DNA of 64,000 nt from IMG/VR virus record IMGVR_UViG_2721755811_000005. The stretch is one strand, 5' to 3'. The notes below the pieces were generated by a model. It saw only the letters and a program-made list of their open reading frames with translations. It did not search any database and was not told the origin of the DNA. This DNA comes from a virus. Its lineage: Duplodnaviria > Heunggongvirae > Uroviricota > Caudoviricetes. Numbering within the stretch: position 1 is the first letter of the stretch; each line of letters begins with the position of its first letter. A program made the position numbers and the translations under genes. This document shows positions 15,929 through 24,967 of the stretch, piece after piece.

Positions 15929-16450
15929 ATGATCATTCCGAACGTGATGCTTGGGGGCGTACCGATCGTGATACACGGCGGCGCCCCGCAGTGTCAGTAC
16001 CAGGCTGTAGATGGCGGCGTCGAGCGGTTGAGGCTCAGCGGAGGTGCGGCAGTACAGATGACGCACTGGCGCAAGACGGCAATCACCATCAGCGGTTCAG
16101 GATGGATCGGCACGGGGATGCTTGGACTCGACTTCGACAACCCGTTGGAGCTGAGATGCAATGCGTCGCTTGGCATTTCCGGCCGTACTGCCGCCGACCG
16201 AGTATTCACAATCCCTGGAGAAGTTCGCCCCGATGCCAGTCCGTGGGGGCTGGCGCTGGTCAGCCGTGAGTGGGTCAGAACGGACGTGTCGTCCGCCGGC
16301 CAGGTGGTAACCGTGTCGGAGATCCCAGGCGCGCAACTCTACCGCGTCGAGTGGTGGCCGCTGTTCCACGTCTTCGCGTCCATCCCTCCTGAGGCGCTTG
16401 ATTCTTCGAACAACAGCCGGACCTGGCAAATTGTCGCTGAGGAAATCTGA
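15929..16450 (+). CDS. Tail protein (distal tail / minor tail, putative).
   Basis: 173 aa; GGAG RBS 6 nt upstream of ATG 15929; first gene after the TMP. Confidence 0.5.
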   Translation: MIIPNVMLGGVPIVIHGGAPQCQYQAVDGGVERLRLSGGAAVQMTHWRKTAITISGSGWIGTGMLGLDFDNPLELRCNASLGISGRTAADRVFTIPGEVRPDASPWGLALVSREWVRTDVSSAGQVVTVSEIPGAQLYRVEWWPLFHVFASIPPEALDSSNNSRTWQIVAEEI

Positions 16451-18147
16451 TGCTCAACGGTGGACCGCTCAATAGCGCTGCGCTGAACTCGGCCGCTCAA
16501 TCCGTTGTGCCTGGTCCTGAGCCGATCATCCCAGGCTACGCATTCACATGGCGAGCAATCGTGCGTGTTGGCGATGATGACGTTACACCGCTCCTGACCG
16601 GGGAGATCGAGGTCGATCGTGAAGAGGGGGCGGCTGGCGTCGCGTCCTTTTCGATCTATCTCGGCGACGGCCCTGTTGTCCCTACAGACTGGATCGGCCG
16701 AACCGTAACCATCGACTACGCAACGGAGACCGCCGGGGAGCTGAGTCAGGGTCGGCGGTTTACGGGAAGGGTTACTCAGCCAGCCTGGAATCCTGTTCGG
16801 CGCGTCCTTGACGTCAGTTGCACGGACCAGTTGCAGCAGCGTGTAGAGGCCATGGAGATTGCGGCCGTCGACGCTCTGGCCGGCGGCGCCTGGTCCGCAG
16901 ATGTGTTCGAGCCGGTCGATGGACGCTCGCGGTGGGACTACGCCCAGGAGCGTTTGACCAGCGTAACCGGGAGCTTGGACTGTTCGCCATATGGTGCTCT
17001 CCGCGTCACGTCATGGCTTTCGGTGGCTCCTGCCTTCGAGTTCGGCCAAGGCTCTACGGTATACGGATCGCTAGCGGTCGAGTTGGCCGACCTGAGTTCG
17101 CAGACGAATAGGGTCGAGATCGAGTGCGACTACCGATTCAGCCGGCTCTGGCAGTTGAACGCATCGTATGGATGGCAGCACCCCGGGACGGGTAACGCTG
17201 TTGGCGAGGCAGGGTTTTGCAACTGGCGCGGCGATGACACCGAGTTACCGGATGTCGAGATGATCACCTCGGCGACCGAGAGCAGCGGCCAGACGTTGTT
17301 CTATGCGACCTGGTATCCACTGCCGCCCACGGGCGTCTACTGCAATCCGCCGGCGGCATGGGTCAACAACTTCACCGAGCTGCTGCTCGGCGGAAATTGG
17401 ATTGCTGGCCGGCGATGGGTGCAGTCCGTCACAGAGCGCTACCGGCTGGTCATGGAGGTTCAGCCGAGCGTGGCGGCGACCGGCCCGATTGTCGGTCGGC
17501 AGCGTGCCTCGTTCGAGATCGAGTCGGACAGGGCCGAGCGCTGGGAAAGCGAGCCGATCACGGGCGGCAGCACCGGCCACGACGACGAGAAGGATGGCAA
17601 CCGGCGCTTGTCCGCACTGAACTGCTTGTTGGCCCAGGGCGCCACGACGCTCATTGCTGCGCACCGCGGCACGACCGTGACCTGGGATGTGCCGACGTCG
17701 ATGATCCTGCCGATCGATCTTGTGCATACGCTCCGCCTCGATGATCAGGGGGCGCGCGCGGTGGGCAAGTGTCGACGCATTGTCGACCGGCTCGACCTCG
17801 CATCCGGAAGCGCCCTGACCACGATCTCTATCGCGGTGATGCGAGGCGGTGGCGGCGCAGCAGACCCCCTTGTTCCTCCTGCTGGCTCGTCCGATCCCGT
17901 CAGCCCACCGTCGGGCGGGGGACAGCTCTCGACGCAGCTTGGAGGCCGCAACGGCAGCCCCCCATATGACGATGATGCGGACGGATTCTGCGGGAACTGG
18001 AGCAACCGCGATCCTGGCGCCGAGTTGTTCCCGCGCCGCTTTTCGTTGACCGCAAACGACATTCCGGAGACCTACCGGGACGAGCATGCGCCGGAGATCG
18101 CGGCCACCTACCGGGTAGCTGTACCTGATGACGTACTGGAGATGTAG
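16450..18147 (+). CDS. Tail tip / baseplate-type structural protein (putative).
   Basis: 565 aa, overlapping start (ATGA), in the tail module. Confidence 0.5.
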   Translation: MLNGGPLNSAALNSAAQSVVPGPEPIIPGYAFTWRAIVRVGDDDVTPLLTGEIEVDREEGAAGVASFSIYLGDGPVVPTDWIGRTVTIDYATETAGELSQGRRFTGRVTQPAWNPVRRVLDVSCTDQLQQRVEAMEIAAVDALAGGAWSADVFEPVDGRSRWDYAQERLTSVTGSLDCSPYGALRVTSWLSVAPAFEFGQGSTVYGSLAVELADLSSQTNRVEIECDYRFSRLWQLNASYGWQHPGTGNAVGEAGFCNWRGDDTELPDVEMITSATESSGQTLFYATWYPLPPTGVYCNPPAAWVNNFTELLLGGNWIAGRRWVQSVTERYRLVMEVQPSVAATGPIVGRQRASFEIESDRAERWESEPITGGSTGHDDEKDGNRRLSALNCLLAQGATTLIAAHRGTTVTWDVPTSMILPIDLVHTLRLDDQGARAVGKCRRIVDRLDLASGSALTTISIAVMRGGGGAADPLVPPAGSSDPVSPPSGGGQLSTQLGGRNGSPPYDDDADGFCGNWSNRDPGAELFPRRFSLTANDIPETYRDEHAPEIAATYRVAVPDDVLEM

Positions 18148-18149
18148 CG

Positions 18150-18560
18150 ATGGCGAGAGCCTGGATCAACAACTGGAAGACGACGCTGAGCGCCGGCCTT
18201 TCGCCTGGCGAGTTAAGCCTGACGGTGCCGGATGCTGCCGCCGCGCTGCTGCCGCTCTCTGGCGGTAACTGGGTGCTGTTGACGCTGGCGGATGCTGCCG
18301 GCGCTCAGCATGAGATCGTGAAAGCAACCGCCCGCGCCGGTGGGGTGGTGACGATCGAGCGCGCCCAGGAAGCCACCGCCGACGGCAACTGGCCGGCGGG
18401 GTCGGCGATCTATGCAGCCGTCACGGCCGGCGATCTCATGGCACTGCAAGCGCGAATCGCGGCCCTGGAGGGCGGCACTCCCGAAGGAGCCCTGGTCGAT
18501 GCGAGCGGTTCGGTTCTCGTCGATGGCGCCGGAAACAACCTGATCATGGAGAACAACTGA
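18150..18560 (+). CDS. Tail-associated hypothetical protein.
   Basis: 136 aa, packed in the tail operon. Confidence 0.45.
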   Translation: MARAWINNWKTTLSAGLSPGELSLTVPDAAAALLPLSGGNWVLLTLADAAGAQHEIVKATARAGGVVTIERAQEATADGNWPAGSAIYAAVTAGDLMALQARIAALEGGTPEGALVDASGSVLVDGAGNNLIMENN

Positions 18561-19105
18561 TGGCAACTATTACGCACGTCCTGTCCGGCGCTGGGGAGCC
18601 GCTCGATCCGCCTCCAAGCATCGGTGCTCACTACGTGAACACGAACAACGGCGCGCTATACCTTGCGAAGGGCATCTCGAGCGGTGCCGATTGGGTGAAG
18701 CTGGGTAGTGGCGGTGGCAGCGTTCCGAGCGAGGTGCTGCATGTCAACACCGACGGCCAGTTCCTTCTCGAGCCTCAACACTCATTTGTTGAGGCCCGTC
18801 TGTTCGCAATTCCCGAGCTCGGCACTGCCGCAATTGGAATCGATCCCAGCACATCCCGACAGTTCGACCTGAATATCAGGACCGCGGGTCCGAGCGGGCA
18901 GCAACTGCAGATCAGAGTTACGTCCGGTGAATTGCCCGGAGGGCTGTCGATCGTTGGCACAACCAGGCAGTGGGCTGTTCAGGAGTCGTATGGATTCTTG
19001 ATCAATGCAAATGACCTCAACGGCGAAGTGTGGGCGCGCGTCTATTTCGATGCTGACGAACTCACTCTGTCGATGCTCGTGTTCAGCGATGTGCCGAACG
19101 CGTAG
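18560..19105 (+). CDS. Tail-associated hypothetical protein.
   Basis: 181 aa, ATGA overlap with the upstream gene. Confidence 0.45.
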   Translation: MATITHVLSGAGEPLDPPPSIGAHYVNTNNGALYLAKGISSGADWVKLGSGGGSVPSEVLHVNTDGQFLLEPQHSFVEARLFAIPELGTAAIGIDPSTSRQFDLNIRTAGPSGQQLQIRVTSGELPGGLSIVGTTRQWAVQESYGFLINANDLNGEVWARVYFDADELTLSMLVFSDVPNA

Positions 19106-19115
19106 GAGATAGCGC

Positions 19116-19538
19116 ATGGCTCTATCAGACGAGCGCCGCGGCATCGGCGCGAGGAACGAAGCGATCCGCCGCGCCGGCGGCCAACGGGTTGAAGCGGAGC
19201 GCCGCGGTGACCAAGGCCTGACGGCGGCGCTCAACCGGCTGATCGAGCCGGAGCGCCAGGCGCGGTCGCTGCGGAAAATCGATCCTCGCGGCGCCCTGGA
19301 TGTAAAGCGCGGGCGGGCGGACTACAACCCCGCAGGCAAGCAGATCGGCGGGGGTGGCGGTATTGCGAGCCCCCTGATCGAGGAAGATGCTGGCCAGCGC
19401 GAATACTACGAACTGCAGACAATCCCCACCAGCGATGGCCTGGCCTGGCTCCGGTATCGCAGCGTGAAGAAGATCGTCATGACCGACGCGTCAGGCGCAG
19501 AAGTTGTGATGGAGTACGCGAACGATGTTTCCCAATAG
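19116..19538 (+). CDS. Tail-associated hypothetical protein.
   Basis: 140 aa. Confidence 0.4.
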   Translation: MALSDERRGIGARNEAIRRAGGQRVEAERRGDQGLTAALNRLIEPERQARSLRKIDPRGALDVKRGRADYNPAGKQIGGGGGIASPLIEEDAGQREYYELQTIPTSDGLAWLRYRSVKKIVMTDASGAEVVMEYANDVSQ

Positions 19539-21024
19539 CCCGCTCGATGAAGCTCCGCAGGTATGGGGGTGGCCATGGCACGGCCTAATACGACAGCCAA
19601 TCAACGCCGTTGATTCGACCTTGACGTTACCAAGCGGGCGAACGATGAAGATGCCGGCGGTCAGGACAGCAAATGATACTGCGCTCTGGAGTGTAGGTAT
19701 GCCTCTCCCGAACGTCGAAACCGATGACCCTGACGAGCGCTGGCTCAACCGAGCGATCATGCGCGGAACCGGACTAGCCGAGGCATACGGAGGGGTATCA
19801 CTCCAGCCGGCATTCATCCGTGGGTACACCGTCCGTTGCGGCGTTGAGGTTGCGTTCAATTCATTTCTCGGAACAGCATCCGCAATCTGCTCTATTCGGG
19901 ATGGTGTAACAGGATTCATTGGGCAGATCACAAGCAACACCATCGCGCCTTCTGCGATGGGTATCCCCGTCCAGCCAGCAGGTATGTCTTTTCAAGTCCT
20001 AGATGTAAATCACGACGGAACGCGCCGAGTGTTCCGCGTCGACTATCAAGAAACTGTTGACGGAACGGTGATTGCTGGCGGCATGGTGGAGGTGCGCATT
20101 AGCGCAAGCGGAGCGTCCGGATTCCAAGCTGAGTTGGTTGTCGTGGCTACATGGAGCCAGGTTCAGTTTGCAACGTTGTCCAGCAGTAAGCCGGACGTTG
20201 ACCCGAATACTCATACGCGGTTCTGGTGGGACAGTGCGAGCGGCTCCTACGTTTCAGGAACAAGCGATCCCCCTGGAATACCGGTCGATACACGCGTACT
20301 CCAGGGAGGCTGGACTGCTAGCCTGCAAGCTGAAGCGATTGCCACGGCTTGGTACGGAATGTCCGGTGGCTTGGAATTCGTGCGGATAGGGGTCGATCTG
20401 GTCTCCGCTATACAGCGCGCCGCAAGTGCTGCAGGTGATCACGTTGCGTTCAGTCAGACCGACGATATGACAGTTGTATATACACTGCGGTCGGAGGCAG
20501 GGGAGGCGACCGTAACTCTCCACAATACCGTTGTGCAGTCGGGGTCAATTTTCGGGACTGGCGGTCCTGGGACTGCGCTCATCACCGATAGCATTGATGG
20601 GCAGACTGTTAGCACTGGCTCGCAGAGCGTGACTTTGAGTGATCAGTACATATACACGCCAGATGTGGGCGACACATATGCACGCGGTTTGAACTGGAAC
20701 TCTCGCATCCAGCTATTTTCTCAAGGGCTGGATGGGCACCTGTCGTCGTTCGGTGTGCAGTACGCATGGCCTGTCCAGAGGTACTCGAACAAGCTGCTAG
20801 GTATCGTTGCAGTCCGGCATAGCGTAGTAGGCACGCCTGATGAGCGATATCGATTTGCAGGCGCGGCATTCACTCCTCATGGAGTGCACGGCACTAGTCA
20901 GAGCGACGTGGATGTTGGTGGATTCTCTGCCGTCCAGCTTGAAGCGTGGGGTAAGGGCTCCTACAACCCTCTAACCGGCGACGCTATACGCAACGACCCG
21001 AACGCCTTCTATTCCTACGTTTGA
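19525..21024 (+). CDS. Putative receptor-binding / tail fibre-like protein (low-GC module).
   Basis: 499 aa, Ser/Thr/Gly-rich beta-type sequence, GC distinctly lower than flanking tail genes. Confidence 0.45.
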   Translation: MFPNSPLDEAPQVWGWPWHGLIRQPINAVDSTLTLPSGRTMKMPAVRTANDTALWSVGMPLPNVETDDPDERWLNRAIMRGTGLAEAYGGVSLQPAFIRGYTVRCGVEVAFNSFLGTASAICSIRDGVTGFIGQITSNTIAPSAMGIPVQPAGMSFQVLDVNHDGTRRVFRVDYQETVDGTVIAGGMVEVRISASGASGFQAELVVVATWSQVQFATLSSSKPDVDPNTHTRFWWDSASGSYVSGTSDPPGIPVDTRVLQGGWTASLQAEAIATAWYGMSGGLEFVRIGVDLVSAIQRAASAAGDHVAFSQTDDMTVVYTLRSEAGEATVTLHNTVVQSGSIFGTGGPGTALITDSIDGQTVSTGSQSVTLSDQYIYTPDVGDTYARGLNWNSRIQLFSQGLDGHLSSFGVQYAWPVQRYSNKLLGIVAVRHSVVGTPDERYRFAGAAFTPHGVHGTSQSDVDVGGFSAVQLEAWGKGSYNPLTGDAIRNDPNAFYSYV

Positions 21025-21046
21025 TTCCCTCCAAAGGAGAAGCCGC

Positions 21047-21634
21047 ATGACGCCGGCCTGTGTACCCCTGCGCATTGAAAAAGGGGCGACGTTCCGCGAC
21101 ACGATGCGGATCATGCAACCGAGCCTTGTCTACCGGCCGATCACCCAGATCGCGCCGACTGCTCCCGTCCGGCTGACCGTCCCGGGGCACGGATTGCCCG
21201 GCACGTGGCTGGCCTGGATAGATGGCGTCCAGGGCATGCCCGAGCTGAACCGCGCGCGCCTCCGGCAGTTGCCTCATAGGGTCGCCGCTATCGACGACAA
21301 CACCGTCGAGATCAACCTGCTTTCAGCCGTTGGGCTGGCGCCTGTTGGCGGGCAACTGATCTACCAGCCACCTGTTGACCTGGCTGGCGCCGAGGTACGG
21401 ATGCAGATCCGCGATGCGCCAGATGGGACGGTGCTGATGACGCTGGCGCTCGGCTCCGGCCTTGAGATCGCTGGCGCCGGAACGATCTCGCGCGAGATAT
21501 CGGCCTCCGATACCGCGGCGTTGGCATGGGCGTCGGCGGTCTACGACGTGGACGTGACCTACCCGGATGGTACGGTCCATCGCTACTACAGCGGGCCGAT
21601 CACTGTGAGCCGTGGGGGAGGGTGCGATGGATGA
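21047..21634 (+). CDS. Tail-associated hypothetical protein.
   Basis: 195 aa; GGAG RBS (AAAGGAGAAGCCGCATG). Confidence 0.45.
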   Translation: MTPACVPLRIEKGATFRDTMRIMQPSLVYRPITQIAPTAPVRLTVPGHGLPGTWLAWIDGVQGMPELNRARLRQLPHRVAAIDDNTVEINLLSAVGLAPVGGQLIYQPPVDLAGAEVRMQIRDAPDGTVLMTLALGSGLEIAGAGTISREISASDTAALAWASAVYDVDVTYPDGTVHRYYSGPITVSRGGGCDG

Positions 21635-21818
21635 CGCCGCCGAGCCCTGGGCGCTGGCGATCGAGGTCGATTGCGAGCCGCTTGTGCTCAGCGAGATGCA
21701 GGAATACGCGGTCACAGTGACGCCGCCGGCAGATGTGCTTGTGGTTGTTGTGGGTGACCAAGGGCCTCCCGGGAGGGATGGCGTAGACGGTGCCCAATGG
21801 GGCGCGACTGACTGGTGA
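21627..21818 (+). CDS. Small ORF with collagen-like Gly-X-Y triplets (GDQGPPGRDGVDGAQ).
   Basis: 63 aa; five consecutive G-X-Y repeats; overlaps the neighbouring genes. Confidence 0.3.
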   Translation: MDDAAEPWALAIEVDCEPLVLSEMQEYAVTVTPPADVLVVVVGDQGPPGRDGVDGAQWGATDW

Positions 21819-21822
21819 TGAA

Positions 21823-22383
21823 ATGGCCCAGATCCGATTTTTCAAAGTGGCGACCCTGCCGGGTACGCTGGAACCCGACTCGTTCTACTTCGTCGAGAAC
21901 GGCAGCTACTCGGAGTCCTACCTGACAAACAACGCGGGAGTGGCGCGCTCGATCGGCAACAGCGCGATGATCAACGCGCTGATCAACGAGGCGCTGGCCA
22001 GCCTGCCCGGCACAGGCGCGCCGATCCTGTTCGTTGCGGATATCGCCGCGCGCGACGCTCTGGAGCCTGAGGGCGCAATCTTCGTCCTGGTTCAGGATGC
22101 GAGCGCGGACCCGACAGTCGAATCGGGCGCTGCGCTGTACGCATGGAACCCTGCGACCAGCGCCTGGCTGAAGGTTGCCGAGTATGAGTCGATGGACGTC
22201 GAGCTCAACTGGGACGCGATCAACGGGCGCCCGACGTCGACGCCGGCGCAGATCGACACTGCCGTTTCCCAGGCGCACACGCACGCGAACAAGTCGACGC
22301 TGGACAAGTTTGGTGAGGAGTCGGGCCTGGTGCGCTTCAACGGCCAGCCGATCCCGGCTGAGTGGAATGGGACGGCCTGGTAA
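21823..22383 (+). CDS. Tail fibre-associated protein, paralogous N-domain family (copy A).
   Basis: N-terminus IRFFKVATLPGTLEPDSFYFVENG...TNNAGV parallels the next gene's N-terminus. Confidence 0.45.
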   Translation: MAQIRFFKVATLPGTLEPDSFYFVENGSYSESYLTNNAGVARSIGNSAMINALINEALASLPGTGAPILFVADIAARDALEPEGAIFVLVQDASADPTVESGAALYAWNPATSAWLKVAEYESMDVELNWDAINGRPTSTPAQIDTAVSQAHTHANKSTLDKFGEESGLVRFNGQPIPAEWNGTAW

Positions 22384-22664
22384 TGGCTGTGCTCCAGACC
22401 CACAAGGTCGTCGCGCAGTTGCCTGCGGTGCTGGAGCCGAACGCGATCTACTTCGTCCGGCGCAGCACCGGATACGACCAGTTCGTGACCAACGGCGCGG
22501 GCGTCGTGGTGGCATACCCGATGAACGTCCGCATCCCCGCGGCTGTTCCTGGGTATCTCGCCGACGGCTCTATGTTGCGGCTCGCCATGAACCCAGACGG
22601 CCAATTGCCGGCGTACACCGCCGCCGGCGCTCAACTCAACATCCAGGTGCTGTTCAATGGCTGA
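22383..22664 (+). CDS. Tail fibre-associated protein, paralogous N-domain family (copy B).
   Basis: N-terminus LQTHKVVAQLPAVLEPNAIYFVRRS...TNGAGV; the start shares the A of the upstream TAA. Confidence 0.45.
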   Translation: MAVLQTHKVVAQLPAVLEPNAIYFVRRSTGYDQFVTNGAGVVVAYPMNVRIPAAVPGYLADGSMLRLAMNPDGQLPAYTAAGAQLNIQVLFNG

Positions 22665-23259
22665 TATACGCCCGACGAAACTCCAGGCCGACGGCAACGG
22701 CTACGGCAGTCTCCGCGAGTTCGCCGACGGCGACACGGTGCCGGTAGCACTCGGCGGAACAGGAGCTGCAACCGCCGCTGGTGCGCGCACGTCCCTTGGG
22801 CTTGGGAGTGCTGCAGTTAGACCTGCCCTGGGTTCAACTGGGGCTTTGTACTCGCGAGACAGCATTCTCGGCGCAGTCTCTCAGGCGAGCGGCATACCGT
22901 CTGGTGCGATTATTGAGCGCGGGAGTAACGCGAACGGGGAGTATGTGCGGTTCGCGGATGGGACGCAGATTTGTTGGACGAACACTCTCACATTCACCGC
23001 TGGGGTCTCATCAGTCGGTGCGAACTGGTCGTATCCGGCGAGCTTTAGTTCCTCGTACCCCATCGCTGGGGCTGTCTCCGCTTCTGGTGCTGGTGGAGAC
23101 TATGACTCTGGCGTGTCGGCGAGAAACCAGGGAGCGACCTACTTCAATCCATCCGCGGGTACGGCTGGGGTGGGGTTCTTCTGCATATCGTCGGCATCAT
23201 TCACGTCAGGCGCTCAGACTAGGAATAACAGGGTCGTCGCCATCGGGAGGTGGTTCTGA
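22657..23259 (+). CDS. Tail fibre protein (putative).
   Basis: VPVALGGTGAATAAGARTSLGLGSAAV motif common near phage tail-fibre N-termini; Gly/Ser-rich. Confidence 0.5.
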   Translation: MADIRPTKLQADGNGYGSLREFADGDTVPVALGGTGAATAAGARTSLGLGSAAVRPALGSTGALYSRDSILGAVSQASGIPSGAIIERGSNANGEYVRFADGTQICWTNTLTFTAGVSSVGANWSYPASFSSSYPIAGAVSASGAGGDYDSGVSARNQGATYFNPSAGTAGVGFFCISSASFTSGAQTRNNRVVAIGRWF

Positions 23260-23561
23260 TGATCATCAAGTTGTCACCGTACGCACCACTGCCAGGCAGC
23301 GACGAGCGCCTGTCGCTGAGCAGGGCTGGCGATGTGCTCGCCGTGAACGGCCAGGTGTTCGACTTCACACCGCTCCCGGACGGTGGTGAACTGCCGGCCG
23401 AGGCTATCGGGTCGGAGTGGTTCGCTGGTCCTGCACTGCGACGTGCCGGCCGGCTGGAGCTGATCCTGCGGTTCCCGCTGGCCGCTGATGCCAGTGCCGC
23501 TGCTCGCTTCCCCGAACCGTTGCTGATCGAGGCCGACGGCCCGGTGGAGTTACCGCGATGA
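23259..23561 (+). CDS. Putative tail fibre assembly protein / chaperone.
   Basis: 100 aa directly downstream of the fibre gene (ATGA overlap). Confidence 0.35.
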   Translation: MIIKLSPYAPLPGSDERLSLSRAGDVLAVNGQVFDFTPLPDGGELPAEAIGSEWFAGPALRRAGRLELILRFPLAADASAAARFPEPLLIEADGPVELPR

Positions 23562-23797
23562 TCGACTGGAGCAAGTTAAAGACCGCTGAACAGCAGGCGC
23601 AAGAACGCTGGCAGGCTGAGTGCGATGCCGCCGCCGCAGCGCGGGCGAATGCCTACCGTCTAGAGAGTGACCCGCTCAAGACCGAGGCCGAGTTCGACGC
23701 TATCAAGGCCGGCGTGGAACCGGACTACAGCGCCTGGGTCGCCAAGGTCGAGGAGATCAAGGCCCGCTTACCGTTGCCTGGTCCACTACCCGAATAG
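23558..23797 (+). CDS. Small hypothetical protein (end of the late operon).
   Basis: 79 aa, ATGA overlap. Confidence 0.4.
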   Translation: MIDWSKLKTAEQQAQERWQAECDAAAAARANAYRLESDPLKTEAEFDAIKAGVEPDYSAWVAKVEEIKARLPLPGPLPE

Positions 23798-23869
23798 GTA
23801 GTTGTGACGAGGTTCGCGTTTTTGCCACGTTCCGACAGTCTGATATGCGGAGTAGATAGGGATGTTGGT

Positions 23870-24094
23870 ATGGACGAGATGTTGCGGCGTAGGCTCCGGG
23901 CGGAGTTACTGGAGGTGGGGTTCCTCAACCAGTGTTGCCTTGACCTGATGGAAAGCATGGAGGCTGAGTTCAGCCTCACTGATGACCAGCGCGAGTGCAT
24001 CGAGCAGCTCAGCCGATTTCTGCAGGAAGGGATCGGCAAGCTGACATCCCTGTCCGAGCGCGTGGCGGCCGGTGATATCGTCGTGCTCTGTTGA
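23870..24094 (+). CDS. Small hypothetical protein (low-GC).
   Basis: 74 aa from ATG 23870; low GC; weak support. Confidence 0.3.
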   Translation: MDEMLRRRLRAELLEVGFLNQCCLDLMESMEAEFSLTDDQRECIEQLSRFLQEGIGKLTSLSERVAAGDIVVLC

Positions 24095-24224
24095 GAGCTT
24101 GTGGTTCCTCTAGATAATCAAAGTCATAACTGAATGATGAGGTGTGGCGGGAAGAGGAAATAAAACTCTAAACCGCCACACGCTGATAGCTCAGCCCAAT
24201 CGACCTCAAAGGGAATGTACTATT

Positions 24225-24560
24225 TTAGAAGGTGTCATTTACTTTTCTTCCTATGATTTGGATCTGCAGTTGAGGCTGCCCTGTAACGGTACCTATAAGA
24301 TCAAGGTGCCCCGCCTCGAAGTCTATCTTTCCGTCTACATCCAACTCGAAGTTATCGATGTTGACCACGGTTCGGTTTCCATCTCTCCACTTATCAACAT
24401 GGAGCTTTCCGGTAAAGGGTCCTGTCTTCTGTGGGGCGGCTCCACGATAGAGATAGTGATCATCTCCGCCGTTGATGCTTCCGTTCTTTATTACAACCAA
24501 TCCTTGTCCTGAGTCTTGAAGGTTGGACTTGAATTGAACGTGGAAAATTCCTTGGTTCAT
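24225..24560 (-). CDS. GrlR-like small beta-barrel protein (reverse-strand moron next to attP).
   Basis: MNQGIFHVQFKSNLQDSGQGLVVIKNGSINGGD...YRG pattern resembles the GrlR family; GC about 45%. Confidence 0.4.
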   Translation of the reverse strand: MNQGIFHVQFKSNLQDSGQGLVVIKNGSINGGDDHYLYRGAAPQKTGPFTGKLHVDKWRDGNRTVVNIDNFELDVDGKIDFEAGHLDLIGTVTGQPQLQIQIIGRKVNDTF

Positions 24561-24731
24561 TGCTTCCTACCTCTAGATTGATGATAGAAATTGAATGATA
24601 GCCTAATGATGGCGTATGGGGAGGTGTAAAGGCGCAGAGCTAGGGTTGTAAAATCTGGAGAGATCAATGGCTGGTGGACAATGTCCACTGCTTGCTCCTG
24701 CGCACGCTAGGCACCGTTGACCTTAGTGTGG

Positions 24732-24750
24732 TTACGCCAAATTTACGCCA
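24732..24750 (+). promoter_or_regulatory. attP arm-type repeats: 2x TTACGCCA (direct, tandem).
   Basis: TTACGCCAAATTTACGCCA; the same 8-mer recurs at 24939..24957 and inverted at 24917..24924. Confidence 0.5.
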
Positions 24751-24761
24751 CCAGAAACGAC

Positions 24762-24794
24762 AAAGCCCGCAAAATCAATGATTTGCGGGCTTTT
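24762..24794. terminator. Bidirectional intrinsic terminator (AAAGCCCGCAAA ... TTTGCGGGCTTTT).
   Basis: Perfect inverted repeat flanked by A-run and T-run. Confidence 0.55.
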
Positions 24795-24916
24795 GTTGGT
24801 GCCTCGGGAGGGCACCTAGGCTAGCTCAGTAGGATCCGGAAACTTCCGGCGTTTTCCTGTAATAGCCTGATTTACTGGAGTTTTACTTTTCTGCGTCCCG
24901 GCAACCTCCCGCAGCT

Positions 24917-24957
24917 TGGCGTAATCTCCTGCTACCCTTTACGCCAAATTTACGCCA
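24917..24957 (+). promoter_or_regulatory. attP arm-type repeats: inverted TGGCGTAA followed by 2x TTACGCCA just upstream of int.
   Basis: Sequence motifs read directly. Confidence 0.5.
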
Positions 24958-24967
24958 AACGGGGCAT

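Larger units (their letters stand above)
1..21697. repeat. First copy of a 21,697-bp segment repeated exactly at 42304..64000, one 42,303-bp period apart (phage genome unit).
   Basis: All ORFs in 1..21697 recur with identical translations at +42303 (e.g. 16..255 = 42319..42558; 19525..21024 = 61828..63327). Confidence 0.95.

Noticed and set aside
24144-24512. 122-aa plus-strand ORF overlapping the GrlR-like gene.
   Set aside because: It is fully antisense to the minus-strand ORF, which has a recognisable family pattern. It has no RBS, and the Cys/Leu-rich translation is not protein-like.
24798-24860. Possible tRNA fragment in attP (TAGCTCAGTAGG resembles a tRNA D-arm).
   Set aside because: No matching acceptor or T-arm could be built on either strand; the resemblance is limited to about 12 nt.
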